Positions 45,682 through 55,546 of a stretch of DNA of 64,000 bases are shown here, one piece after another. The position numbers were made by a program, and so were the translations under genes. Under the pieces are notes generated by a model. That model was given only the letters and a program-made list of their open reading frames with translations. It was not told the origin of the DNA and did no database searches. The number at the start of each line of letters is the position of its first letter. Position 1 is the stretch's first letter. Source of the stretch: Patescibacteria group bacterium (GTDB lineage: Bacteria; Patescibacteriota; Patescibacteriia; Patescibacteriales; UBA12465); NCBI GenBank assembly GCA_041650715.1, contig JBAZKQ010000001.1, positions 134,945-198,944 of the forward strand, given 5' to 3'.

Positions 45682-45715
45682 AAAAGCCTTCCCGTAACGG
45701 AAGGCTTTTTTATTG
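45682..45715. terminator. Intrinsic terminator between convergent genes
   Basis: 10-bp stem aaagccttcc/ggaaggcttt, loop cgtaac, then a T-run. Confidence 0.7.
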
Positions 45716-45734
45716 GCGTGCTTTCGGCAAGTCT

Positions 45735-47219
45735 TTATTCGACTATTTTTTGGATAATTTCGCCCTGGGAATAATTATATAAGAATTGAGAAGAAACAGA
45801 AATTATATTTTTGGCATTATAGCCAAGTTCATTGAAAATAGCCTCGTTCGCGAAAGGACGTTTTAGACCGTTTGATATAAGATAGACAGTCGGGAAGCCG
45901 TCCGTTTTAAGAAGAGTGCCGTCAGCAAATACTACCGGCGCAACTTTTGTATAAGCGGCAAGCGTGGCAGTCGTGGCTTTGGTTATTTTTTTATCTTTAA
46001 ACTTTGTCGTGAGAAGAATACGGTCGGTGAGTGGTGCTTTCGTACCGTCAACGACATAAAAAACTCCGCCGGTTTTCGTATCTTGCATCAAGACACCGGT
46101 AACGTAAGTTGAAGTGGCGGTAATCGGGTTGCCGACGGCATAAGTAGCTAAGTCGTTAACGCTGGCCTGCTCGATTTCTTCGGAGTTAAAGCCGATTTTT
46201 TTAAATACGGCTAAACTCGCGAATTCACGTTTTTGCTTATCGACGAGCAAATAGATTTTTTTATCCGGAGTTTGTACTAAGGAATAATTCGCAAATTTAA
46301 TGGCATCGCCGGGCGCATAGCCATCGAGCTCGTTGGCGTTAATGGCTACGACCTGGTTGGGCTGGTAACGAGAGATAAAGGCAGAGTAATTAAGGAAAGG
46401 GCGCTTTAATCCGTTTTGAATCAACCAAATACCCGGGTCGCCTTTGACTTGTAAAATCGAGCCGTCCGGATAGAGTTTAGCCGAGCGCGGAAAATAACGA
46501 TTCCAAAGCAAATAAACATTATAATTACCGTTAAAGACGTGTGGTGTGTAATTGTAAAGGGCGGCCGTGGCCTTATTAACTGGGGTTACGACCATTGTTT
46601 GGTTCGTGGTGGTGCAATAGGGGTCGAGAGTATTGGCGATCGTGTAAGTTTGGCCGGCTTTATAATTATAACGCTCTTGCTCGTTTATGTAGGCGAGAAA
46701 TTGAAGAGAGGCACTATTAACTTGCTTTCCGAAACCCTTGTAATAAGGATTGCAAACCCAGCCGTCAGGGCAGCCATAACCGGTCGCCCAGTCAAGACGG
46801 GCTTGTGCTGGACTTGGATCTTCAATCAAGCCGGCCTCTTTCTGCAGGAGAATAAGCAGAAATTTAGGATTAACCGTGGTTATGATTCGGCATTTTTGCT
46901 GTTTTTCGAGTTCAGTCGGCGCGTCGCTTAAAGTGACTCCCGAGCAATCGAAATTATTATGGCTCGCGTCATAAATAATTTCCGCGGCCGATTTGGAAAC
47001 ACCGGAAGCATTGGGAGTAATATAGTTGGCTAAATAACTATTTTTACTCTGTAAAAAATTTTGGATATCAGGCAAACTCATGGCGTTATAGTCCAAAAGC
47101 TCGCTGTCTTCGATGATTTTATTAGGATTAAAAAGCGGATCAACGGCATTTTGAGCCAAAGCCGGCAAAGGGGCGAGTAAAATGAAGCAAAGCAGGCTTA
47201 AGATTTTTTTTGTAGTCAT
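45735..47219 (-). CDS. Secreted protein with internal repeats, function unknown
   Basis: 494 aa with a signal peptide (LSLLCFILLAPLPALAQNA). It carries repeated modules of about 70 aa containing the ...NGLKRPF... motif, e.g. WLIQNGLKRPFLNYSAF and VYLISNGLKRPFANEAIF. Confidence 0.65.
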   Translation of the reverse strand: MTTKKILSLLCFILLAPLPALAQNAVDPLFNPNKIIEDSELLDYNAMSLPDIQNFLQSKNSYLANYITPNASGVSKSAAEIIYDASHNNFDCSGVTLSDAPTELEKQQKCRIITTVNPKFLLILLQKEAGLIEDPSPAQARLDWATGYGCPDGWVCNPYYKGFGKQVNSASLQFLAYINEQERYNYKAGQTYTIANTLDPYCTTTNQTMVVTPVNKATAALYNYTPHVFNGNYNVYLLWNRYFPRSAKLYPDGSILQVKGDPGIWLIQNGLKRPFLNYSAFISRYQPNQVVAINANELDGYAPGDAIKFANYSLVQTPDKKIYLLVDKQKREFASLAVFKKIGFNSEEIEQASVNDLATYAVGNPITATSTYVTGVLMQDTKTGGVFYVVDGTKAPLTDRILLTTKFKDKKITKATTATLAAYTKVAPVVFADGTLLKTDGFPTVYLISNGLKRPFANEAIFNELGYNAKNIISVSSQFLYNYSQGEIIQKIVE

Positions 47220-47417
47220 TTTTTTATAATTATGCCTCTATTATAGTATACTTTTGCCTGATAAACAAATGCTAAATTGTTGATATTTTTTAAATTGACA
47301 AATGCAGGAAAAAGCTGTTTAATTATATAACAATTTGCTAATAAATTCAAATTGTTTTTAAAAAGTTCTTTTCAAAAAATTAATAAAATAAATTCATAAA
47401 CCAACAAAACCAAGCAA

Positions 47418-47927
47418 ATGAAAATTTTTAGAACTCGTAAGTATTTTTCTCTGTCCAGATTCAGGGCCCTGCCTATGCCTGGCAAACTGTATGTCCGTTT
47501 CAGTTTTTTTGCCATGGGCATTTTGCTTCTCGCGCTGATTGCCATGAGCGCTGCCGGGCGTAGCGTATATTATGTCGGCGTCGAAACGATGCTGCTATTT
47601 GCGCTCGTTTACTTTACCGTTGTGGTGATCGTGATGTATAGTATTTCGCCCTATAAGCAGGAATTTAACCTGTTTGCGGGTATTATTCCGGCGCTGATGA
47701 TTCTTTTAGGCGTAGTGATTGCGACCTATTTTTGGAGCCTCCATTTGGATCCAGACTTTGGAGCCATACTTTATGCCACTCCGATATTAGTTGCTTTAAT
47801 TTTGCCGATAAGCGCCGCTCTGCTTAGCCATTCCACGGGTATCAGGGCGTGGAAATTATATATTTCGAGCACTGCTTTAATTATTTTAGCTGCCTTGATC
47901 ACCCTGTGGTTTTATTCCGGTTATTGA
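47418..47927 (+). CDS. Hypothetical membrane protein
   Basis: 169 aa with about 5 TM helices. No motif. Confidence 0.55.
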   Translation: MKIFRTRKYFSLSRFRALPMPGKLYVRFSFFAMGILLLALIAMSAAGRSVYYVGVETMLLFALVYFTVVVIVMYSISPYKQEFNLFAGIIPALMILLGVVIATYFWSLHLDPDFGAILYATPILVALILPISAALLSHSTGIRAWKLYISSTALIILAALITLWFYSGY

Positions 47928-47944
47928 TTTAGTTCTTAAAACAC

Positions 47945-47980
47945 AAAACCCGCCTCTGATAAAGCGGGTTTTTTTATTTT
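47945..47980. terminator. Intrinsic terminator between convergent genes
   Basis: aaacccgc/gcgggttt stem followed by tttttatttt. Confidence 0.65.
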
Positions 47981-48006
47981 ACTGATAGTTTAGTGAACAG
48001 CAAATT

Positions 48007-50643
48007 TTAAGTGACAAGAATCGCTACCTTTTCTTTATCGGTCAGATCGATTCTTACCTTATCGCCTTCTTTAACTTTACCTTCAATAATATCAAGGGCC
48101 AGTTCATCAAGAATCATGGTTTGAATTATGCGTTTGAGCGGGCGGGCGCCGTAAGTAATATCATAGCCTTTCTCCGCCAATAATTTTTTGACTTTCGGGC
48201 TGATGCGCAGAGCGATATTTTTGGTGTGCAAACGCTTTTCGACTTTGATGAGCTCAAGATCAACAATTTTCTCGAGCGCCGACGGAGTCAAGCTATGGAA
48301 AAGCACAATTTCGTCGATGCGATTTAAGAATTCAAGCTTGAAATGATTTTTTAAAATCTTGTCGATTTTTTCTTTCATTTCATCCGAACGAAGCTTGGCA
48401 CTTTCTTGTTTATCGCTGCCATCGGTAAAGCCGATGGAATATTGTTTAATGATTTCGTTGCCCAGATTAGAAGTCATGATGATAATTGTGTTTTTGAAGT
48501 TGACTGTCCGTCCCTTAGAATCAGTCAGCCGTCCATCATCTAAAATTTGGAGAAGAACATTAAACATATCCGGGTGAGCCTTCTCGACTTCATCAAAGAG
48601 CACAACGCTATACGGATGACGGCGGACCTTATCGGTTAATTGGCCGCCATCGTCGTGGCCGACATAGCCGGGAGGCGAGCCGATTAATTTAGCCACGGAA
48701 TGTTTTTCCATAAATTCGCTCATATCTAAGCGGATTAGGGCTTTCTCATCGTCAAACATAAATTGCGCGAGCGCTTTAGCCAGCTCAGTTTTGCCGACAC
48801 CGGTCGGGCCGACGAATAAAAAGGAGCCGATTGGTTTCTTCTCTTCATTAATGCCGGCGCGGGAACGGCGCAGGGCGTTAGCGACGGCCTTGATCGCCTC
48901 TTCTTGACCGACGACTTCCTGGTTGAGTTTATTTTCCGCCTCACTTAATTTCATGATTTCATCTTGAAGCATACGGTTGACCGGAATGCCGGTCCAGCGG
49001 GCGACTACTTTAGCGATATCTTCTTCGTCAACTTCTTCTTTCAAAATACGTTGGCCTTTTTTCTGGATTTTAACCAGTTCGTCTTGCGATTTTTTAATTT
49101 TATTTTCGAGTTCAGGAATCAAAGCATACCTAATCTTTGCCACTTCGGTTAAGTCGGCCCCTTGGCGCTGAGTAATCTCCGCCCGGATTTTCAGATCCTC
49201 AATTTCTTTCTTGGCTAATCTAATTTGGGAGATAATATTTTTTTCATTATTCCAATGCAGTTCTAACTGGTTGGCTTTCTCCTTGATTTTTGCCAGCTCA
49301 GAATTAATCGCTCGTAATCTGGCCGATTTTTTGTCGGTCGTCATAATTCCGGCCTTGTTTAGTTCGAGCTGATTTATTTTACGCTTGAGCTGATCAAGCT
49401 CATCCGGCATTGAATCAATTTCCATGCGCAGGGAAGAGGTCGCCTCATCGATTAAATCGACCGCTTTATCCGGCAGGAAACGATCGCTGATATAACGATT
49501 GGATAATTTAGCCGCGGCAATGACCGCGTTATCGGTGATGCGGACGCCGTGATGGACTTCATATTTTTCTTTTAGGCCGCGTAACATAGAAATCGTATCT
49601 TCCACGCTGGGTTCGTTAACCATAATTGGCTGAAAGCGTCGTTCGAGCGCGGCGTCTTTCTCGATATATTTTTGGTACTCTTTGGTCGTGGTCGCGCCGA
49701 TTGTTCGGAGTTCGCCGCGCGCTAAGGCCGGCTTTAACATATTAGAGGCGTCCATGGATCCCTCCGATGCCCCCGCGCCGATAAGAGTATGAAGCTCGTC
49801 GATAAAAAGAATGATGCGGCCGTTTTGCGACTTAACTTCTTTTAAGACGGCCTTTAAGCGATCTTCGAATTCACCGCGGAATTTTGCGCCCGCGACTAAA
49901 GCCCCCAGGTCGAGTGTAATGACTTCTTTATTTTTTAAATTTTCCGGGACATCGCCGGCGATTATTCTTTGCGCCAAACCTTCAACGATTGCGGTTTTAC
50001 CGGTGCCGGCTTCGCCAATAAGTACGGGATTGTTTTTTGTGCGACGTAAGAGCACCTGCATAATGCGGCGAATTTCTAAATCGCGGCCAATAACCGGATC
50101 AAGCTTTTCTTGTCGGGCCAGTTCGGTAAGATTAGTCGTATATTTTTCCAAAACTTTATATTTATTTTCCGGGAAGGGATCATTAATGGTTTGGCTGCCG
50201 CGCAATTCTTTCAATATTTCTTTGACGTTTTGATATTCAACCCGGAAATCCAAAAGCACACCCTGGGCCGGAGAAGGCACGCCAATCAGACCGAGCAGAA
50301 TATGTTCGGTGGAAATAAATTCGTCCCCCATCCCGTCCGCCTCTTTTTGGGCACGTTCTAAAATCAAGGCGGTTTCAGCCGTTCCGGATACAGCCTGCAC
50401 CGGACCTTTATTAGGGCTAACTTTAACGCGCGGTAATTTTTGGATAACTTTAATGGTAAATTCCTCGATGATTTCCGGATCAATTTTCATTTTTTCGAGG
50501 ATTGGCTTAATTAGACTTTCGTTTTGCTGGAGCAGGGAAAGCAGAATATGGAGCGCTTCAATATTCGCCTGGCCGTAAGCGGAGGCGAGAATTTGGGCGT
50601 TGATGATAGCTTCTTGAGATTTATCGGTAAATTTATTGAACAT
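48007..50643 (-). CDS. clpB: ClpB disaggregase
   Basis: 878 aa. Clp_N domain, D1 ([15 protein letters not shown]; Walker [11 protein letters not shown]), a long coiled-coil middle domain, and D2 ([14 protein letters not shown]; [11 protein letters not shown]). Confidence 0.96.
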   Translation of the reverse strand: MFNKFTDKSQEAIINAQILASAYGQANIEALHILLSLLQQNESLIKPILEKMKIDPEIIEEFTIKVIQKLPRVKVSPNKGPVQAVSGTAETALILERAQKEADGMGDEFISTEHILLGLIGVPSPAQGVLLDFRVEYQNVKEILKELRGSQTINDPFPENKYKVLEKYTTNLTELARQEKLDPVIGRDLEIRRIMQVLLRRTKNNPVLIGEAGTGKTAIVEGLAQRIIAGDVPENLKNKEVITLDLGALVAGAKFRGEFEDRLKAVLKEVKSQNGRIILFIDELHTLIGAGASEGSMDASNMLKPALARGELRTIGATTTKEYQKYIEKDAALERRFQPIMVNEPSVEDTISMLRGLKEKYEVHHGVRITDNAVIAAAKLSNRYISDRFLPDKAVDLIDEATSSLRMEIDSMPDELDQLKRKINQLELNKAGIMTTDKKSARLRAINSELAKIKEKANQLELHWNNEKNIISQIRLAKKEIEDLKIRAEITQRQGADLTEVAKIRYALIPELENKIKKSQDELVKIQKKGQRILKEEVDEEDIAKVVARWTGIPVNRMLQDEIMKLSEAENKLNQEVVGQEEAIKAVANALRRSRAGINEEKKPIGSFLFVGPTGVGKTELAKALAQFMFDDEKALIRLDMSEFMEKHSVAKLIGSPPGYVGHDDGGQLTDKVRRHPYSVVLFDEVEKAHPDMFNVLLQILDDGRLTDSKGRTVNFKNTIIIMTSNLGNEIIKQYSIGFTDGSDKQESAKLRSDEMKEKIDKILKNHFKLEFLNRIDEIVLFHSLTPSALEKIVDLELIKVEKRLHTKNIALRISPKVKKLLAEKGYDITYGARPLKRIIQTMILDELALDIIEGKVKEGDKVRIDLTDKEKVAILVT

Positions 50644-50705
50644 ATGTTTATTAATATATTATATATTTATATACGCAGAACTGAATATTTATTTGTCGGC
50701 GTCGT

Positions 50706-50732
50706 TTAGCACTCTTACTCATTGAGTGCTAA
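50706..50732. promoter_or_regulatory. CIRCE operator (HrcA binding site), perfect consensus
   Basis: TTAGCACTC-ttactcatt-GAGTGCTAA is an exact match to TTAGCACTC-N9-GAGTGCTAA. It lies 63 nt upstream of the clpB ATG and immediately downstream of the clpB promoter. Confidence 0.85.
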
Positions 50733-50736
50733 TAGT

Positions 50737-50765
50737 ATCATAATATATCAACCGGCTATTGTCAA
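50737..50765 (-). promoter_or_regulatory. clpB promoter (TTGACA-N17-TATGAT)
   Basis: On the minus strand, TTGACA corresponds to plus-strand tgtcaa at 50760-50765. A 17-nt spacer follows, then TATGAT (plus-strand atcata at 50737-50742). Confidence 0.6.
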
Positions 50766-50840
50766 TTTTTGATTTTAGACGCTCCAATATTTCTCTAAGG
50801 TTTTATCTTTTTAAGATTAAATGGTATATTGTGTATAGAT

Positions 50841-51209
50841 ATGTTGCAACACAATTTTTTAACTTATAGCGGAAAAATAGTGATTTCTTTGCTTTTGGAA
50901 ATTATTTATTTTCCGGTTTGGTGGTATAGCGTCGGCTTTTACCGCCTCCTGAAAAATGTCGGAAAATTTTGGCGAGACCAGGAAAAGGTGCTGGGTTTTT
51001 CCGTCTGGGCGAAAAATATTTTTGTACCGATGTACGGTCAATATGATTGGGCGGGTCGTCTGATCAGTTTTTTGGTCCGCTTGGTCCAGGTTATTGTCCG
51101 CGGCTTGGCGCTTTTAGTCTGGCTGCTTTTAGGGATTGCTCTTATTTTGTCCTGGCTAATAATTCCGGTTCTCCTCGTAATCGCTCTATTTTTTCAGATT
51201 CTGAAATAA
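50841..51209 (+). CDS. Hypothetical small membrane protein
   Basis: ATG at 50841 is preferred over TTG at 50829. About 3 TM helices. Immediately upstream of the ClpC-like gene. Confidence 0.5.
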   Translation: MLQHNFLTYSGKIVISLLLEIIYFPVWWYSVGFYRLLKNVGKFWRDQEKVLGFSVWAKNIFVPMYGQYDWAGRLISFLVRLVQVIVRGLALLVWLLLGIALILSWLIIPVLLVIALFFQILK

Positions 51210-51218
51210 TATTTATAT

Positions 51219-53915
51219 ATGCTGACCCAAAAAACAACACCCGAAGAAATAGTTTTTAGCCCGGATTCGGACAGTGCTCGTCCCGGCGCTTGGTTTTTGG
51301 GTCGTTTTTTATATTGGGATAAAACTTTAAAGAAGTCGGTAATCACGCTTGATCGAGGTCGGAGAAAAGTTGAAAAGATATTGGAATTTTTTACCTGGCT
51401 TATTATTTTTGCCGGCTGGATAGCCTTTGGCGCCTGGCTTTATGGCAACCAAGTTGATCTAATGGCGCATCCGTTGCGGCTACTCGTGTTTTGGAATAAA
51501 AGCAACCCGCTGATCACGATTTTTCTGATTTCTCTGGGTTTTGATTTATTTTTATTTTACAAAAAAAGCGAAGCCCGGGCCCGGGATAATAAAATTGACA
51601 CCAAAAATTTTTCGGTCGAGAAGCCGATCGAGAATTCTAAGCCCAAAAAATTTAATGTGGCCCGCGCTTATAACGAGGCGACGCTCGAGGCACTCGCTGA
51701 CGCCTATCTATTAGCCAATAAATTACGCCAACCTGAAGTTACCATTATTCATCTGTTTCGGGTTCTTCTGAAAATTAAGGAAATTCAAACTTTATTCATT
51801 CGGCTAAATGTGAACGCTAAAAAATTAGTTGAACTGATAGATCATCGTTTAGCCAAGGCGCAGGATGACGGTTTTACCGGCAAGACGCGGCTGGAACCGG
51901 CGCTCGAGGAAGCGCTTATTCTGGCTTTTATCGACGCTTATAATTTAGATCAGCCCAGCGTTGAGGTCCTAAATTTGATTTCTTTTTTGTATCAAAAAGA
52001 CCCGCGCTTAGCCGAGGTTTTATACGAGCTCGAAGTTGATCAAAATAAAATAATTAATACGGTTGAGTGGTTTCGGGTAAACCGCCGCCTGCTCGCTAAC
52101 TATAAAGACTATCGACGTTTAGCTCTCTTAAAGCCGGGAACAAGTATGAATCGTGCTTATACCGCGATTGCCACGCCGACCCTGGATCATTTTTCGCACG
52201 ATATTACCGTCGCCTCAAAATATGGCACTGCTGAAGTTTGCGTGGGGCGCAAGAAAGAACTCAATTCTATTTTTGAGGCTTTTACCGGCGGGCATAGCGG
52301 TGTTATTTTAGTCGGTCCGACCGGTGTCGGCAAAAGCATGATTATTTCCGGTCTCGCTCAATTAATGGTTGAAGAAAAGGTTCCCGTATTCTTGAAAGAT
52401 AAACGTTTAGTGGAAATTGATGTTTCACGTTTAGTGAGCGGAGCTGACGCTTCTGCCTCTGAAGAGCGTCTGCTCACGGCGATAAATGAAATTAATCGTT
52501 CCGGCAATATTATTCTCTACATCGATAATATCGAGAATTTAATCGGTATCAGCGCCGGTAGCCAGGAGAGCTTGGATTTATCCGAAGTTTTAGCGGAAGC
52601 GCTGAGTCGTAAAAATATTTTATGTTTAGCTTCGGCGACGACGGAAAATTATACCAAGTTTATCGAGAACCGCGCGCTGGGCAATGCTTTAACCACCATC
52701 GGGGTCAAAGAGCCGGAATTTAATGAAGCCATTCAAATTCTCGAAAGTAAAGTCGGTTTTTTGGAATCAAAATATGATGTCTATGTTGTTTACAGCGCGC
52801 TCGAGCAAGCTGTGAAAATGTCGGAAAGATATTTGCATGATAAATTTTTACCGCTCAAAGCGATCGATTTGCTCGAAAAGGCGGCGCTCATCGCAGCGAA
52901 AAATTGCCAGAATGATCCGACTAAATGTTTCTGCGGGCAAGAACAAGTTGCCGTAGCGGTGGGTGAGCTAACCGGTATTCCGGTCAGTAAGGTTACGATT
53001 GATGAAAGCCAGAAACTATTAAACATGGAAACGGAAATCCATAAGCGCTTGATTGGTCAAGACGAGGCAGTTAGCGCGGTGGCGGCCAGTTTGCGCCGGG
53101 CGCGTGCCGAGCTTAAGGACGGAAAACGGCCGATTGCCAGTTTTCTCTTCCTGGGGCCGACCGGTGTCGGTAAAACTGAACTCGCCAAAGCAGTTTCCGA
53201 GGTTTATTTTGGTGCGGAGGATTATTTGGTCAGGATTGATATGAGTGAATATCAGTTAGCTGATAGTGTCAAAAAAATGATCGGCGATGTCGATGGCTCG
53301 CTGGGCTATTTGACCGAGGCGGTGCGCAAAAAACCCTTTTCTTTAATTCTTTTGGATGAAATCGAAAAAGCACATCCCGATATTTTAAATCTTTTCTTGC
53401 AGTTATTTGATGACGGACGTTTGACCGACGGTCAGGGAAGAACAATTAGTTTCACGGAGTCGATTATTATTGCGACCTCCAATATTGGCGCCCTCTATAT
53501 TCAGGACCAAATTAAAGCGCAGACTAAGCTTAATATTATTAAGCAGGAGCTGATTGATAATCAATTAAATAAATACATGCGGCCGGAGCTGATTAATCGT
53601 TTCGACGGCATTATTGTTTTTAAACCGCTCAGCGAGGCCGATGTTTCCGCAGTTGCGACTTTAATGCTAAAGAAAATTAAAAAAAATTTGGGAGAAAAGG
53701 GTATTGGCTTGAAGGCGGATAAAGACGGCGTGGCGATTTTGGCGCACGACGGCTATGATCCGAAATTTGGCGCTCGTCCTCTCCGCCGCTTGCTTCAGGA
53801 TAGAATTGAGGATAATATTGCCAATAAGATTTTAAGCGGAGAATTAAAACGCCGCGATTCGGTCGTTATTAATGCGCACGCGGAAATTGAAGTAGAAAAA
53901 GCGGCCGCTTTATAG
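51219..53915 (+). CDS. Membrane-anchored ClpA/ClpC-like double-AAA+ ATPase
   Basis: 898 aa. Two N-terminal TM helices (FTWLIIFAGWIAFGAWLYG; ITIFLISLGFDLFLFY). Duplicated Clp_N-like repeats. D1 has Walker A GPTGVGKSMI but Walker B ILYIDNIENL. D2 has [14 protein letters not shown] and LILLDEIEKAH. Confidence 0.85.
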   Translation: MLTQKTTPEEIVFSPDSDSARPGAWFLGRFLYWDKTLKKSVITLDRGRRKVEKILEFFTWLIIFAGWIAFGAWLYGNQVDLMAHPLRLLVFWNKSNPLITIFLISLGFDLFLFYKKSEARARDNKIDTKNFSVEKPIENSKPKKFNVARAYNEATLEALADAYLLANKLRQPEVTIIHLFRVLLKIKEIQTLFIRLNVNAKKLVELIDHRLAKAQDDGFTGKTRLEPALEEALILAFIDAYNLDQPSVEVLNLISFLYQKDPRLAEVLYELEVDQNKIINTVEWFRVNRRLLANYKDYRRLALLKPGTSMNRAYTAIATPTLDHFSHDITVASKYGTAEVCVGRKKELNSIFEAFTGGHSGVILVGPTGVGKSMIISGLAQLMVEEKVPVFLKDKRLVEIDVSRLVSGADASASEERLLTAINEINRSGNIILYIDNIENLIGISAGSQESLDLSEVLAEALSRKNILCLASATTENYTKFIENRALGNALTTIGVKEPEFNEAIQILESKVGFLESKYDVYVVYSALEQAVKMSERYLHDKFLPLKAIDLLEKAALIAAKNCQNDPTKCFCGQEQVAVAVGELTGIPVSKVTIDESQKLLNMETEIHKRLIGQDEAVSAVAASLRRARAELKDGKRPIASFLFLGPTGVGKTELAKAVSEVYFGAEDYLVRIDMSEYQLADSVKKMIGDVDGSLGYLTEAVRKKPFSLILLDEIEKAHPDILNLFLQLFDDGRLTDGQGRTISFTESIIIATSNIGALYIQDQIKAQTKLNIIKQELIDNQLNKYMRPELINRFDGIIVFKPLSEADVSAVATLMLKKIKKNLGEKGIGLKADKDGVAILAHDGYDPKFGARPLRRLLQDRIEDNIANKILSGELKRRDSVVINAHAEIEVEKAAAL

Positions 53916-53928
53916 CGGCGGCGGCTAA

Positions 53929-55545
53929 GTGGCTTTATTATTTATGTTTTATTTATCTATTTTTATTGCGAGTCTAGTGCTCAGCGCCGGCTTAACCATG
54001 TTGGTGCGCCGCTTTGCGCTGCGCCGCGGCATTGTTGATTTGCCGGATACGGACAAAGAAGACGGGCGGAAAATTCATAAGAGTGCGACACCGCTACTGG
54101 GCGGAGTCGCTATTTTTTTAGTTTACTTCGGTTTTTTGTTTGCTTTCGCGCCGCGATTTTTATCCGGTAATTTACATCTTTCCCATTTGCTTGGTTTTTT
54201 TGCCGGCGCCCTAATTATCGTTATCGGCGGGGCCCTGGATGATAAATATAACCTTAAGCCGAAACAGCAAATAATTTTTCCCCTGCTCGCTTGTGCCGCT
54301 TTAATTATTGGCGGCGTGGCGATTGAAAAGATTACCAATCCTTTTGGCGGTTATATAAATTTGGATTCTCTTTTGATTATCGGACCGCTTTTAATTGCCG
54401 CCTGGCTTTTAGGCATGATGTATACGACGAAATTGCTCGACGGTGTCGATGGCCTGGTTTCGGGGGTGAGCGCCATTGGCGGCTTGGTGATATTTCTTTT
54501 TACATTAACGACGCGCTACTATCAACCGGATATCGCGTTTGCCGCTATCCTGCTCGCCGGTACAGTTTTCGGTTTTTTAATTTTTAACTGGCATCCGGCC
54601 AAGATTTTCTTAGGCGAAGGCGGATCGCTTTTACTTGGTTATATTTTGGGAGTCTTGGCGATTATTTCCGGCGGGAAAATCGCGATCGCTCTTTTGATTA
54701 TGGGAATTCCGATTCTGGATGTTGCCTGGACAATCTTGCGCCGCCTCTTGCGCGGTAAAAATCCTTTTCGTTTTGCCGACAAAAAACATTTACATCACCG
54801 TCTCTTGGCGCTTGGACTCGGCTCTCGCGCGACCGTTTTGATTTTTTATGCCCTATCTTTAGTCTTCGGTTTAAGCGGCTTATTCTTGCAAAGCCGAGGC
54901 AAACTGTGGGCTCTCTTGATACTGGTTGCGCTGATGTTTTTTATTGTCATCGGTTTTTGGCTTATCGACCGCCGCGGCTCCAGAAATGAAAAGCCTAAAA
55001 ATGAAGGGCGGCCGCGCCTTTTGCTTCATATTTGCTGCGCGCCTTGCAGTACCTTTATTACTCGTGAACGCTTGGCTCCGAAATATGATGTGACCTGGTA
55101 TTTTTATAATTCAAATTTAAATACTCCGGAAGAATACGAAAAACGTTTGACGGCCGTCAAATTTGTGGCCGCTAAATTTAGTATACCCCTTATAATCGAG
55201 CCCTATAAGCATGGCGTCTGGCGCGCTCAAGTTCGGGGTACGGAAAACGAACCGGAGAGAGGGGAACGCTGTCAGATTTGTTATCGCGAGCGCCTGGAAA
55301 AAACCGCGGCCCTCGCAAAAAAGAAGGGTTTTAATTATTTTAGTACGAGCCTACTGGTTAGTCCCTATAAAGATACGCTAAGCATCAATAAAATCGGTCG
55401 GGAACTTGAAGCTAAGTATGGCGTCCTATATTTGGCCGAAGATTTCCAAGCGGATGAAGGGTACCGCCGGTCGCAAGATTTAGCAAAGGAATTAGGCATC
55501 TATCGTCAGAAATTCTGCGGCTGTGAATTTTCTTTAGGCAAATAA
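53929..55545 (+). CDS. Fusion: GT4 polyprenyl-phosphate sugar-1-phosphate transferase (MraY/WecA family) plus epoxyqueuosine reductase QueH (DUF208)
   Basis: 538 aa. Roughly the first 350 aa are polytopic, with KLLDGVDGL and NWHPAKIFLGEGGSLLLGY. Roughly the last 175 aa read LLLHICCAPCS...ERCQICYRERLEKTA...YRQKFCGCEFS, the QueH Cys pattern. There is no stop or frameshift between the halves. Confidence 0.85.
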   Translation: MALLFMFYLSIFIASLVLSAGLTMLVRRFALRRGIVDLPDTDKEDGRKIHKSATPLLGGVAIFLVYFGFLFAFAPRFLSGNLHLSHLLGFFAGALIIVIGGALDDKYNLKPKQQIIFPLLACAALIIGGVAIEKITNPFGGYINLDSLLIIGPLLIAAWLLGMMYTTKLLDGVDGLVSGVSAIGGLVIFLFTLTTRYYQPDIAFAAILLAGTVFGFLIFNWHPAKIFLGEGGSLLLGYILGVLAIISGGKIAIALLIMGIPILDVAWTILRRLLRGKNPFRFADKKHLHHRLLALGLGSRATVLIFYALSLVFGLSGLFLQSRGKLWALLILVALMFFIVIGFWLIDRRGSRNEKPKNEGRPRLLLHICCAPCSTFITRERLAPKYDVTWYFYNSNLNTPEEYEKRLTAVKFVAAKFSIPLIIEPYKHGVWRAQVRGTENEPERGERCQICYRERLEKTAALAKKKGFNYFSTSLLVSPYKDTLSINKIGRELEAKYGVLYLAEDFQADEGYRRSQDLAKELGIYRQKFCGCEFSLGK

Positions 55546-55546
55546 T

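Noticed and set aside
49811-50233. Antisense 'shadow' ORFs inside well-supported genes. Examples: 657-860, 2949-3167, 4034-4375, 4500-4781, 18183-18452, 19431-19861, 22292-22479, 31172-31522, 46539-46931, 48359-50578 and 63557-63958
   Set aside because: Each lies wholly within, and opposite to or out of frame with, a gene that has strong family motifs. Their compositions are skewed (Ser/Arg/Pro/Leu-rich) in the way typical of non-coding frames.
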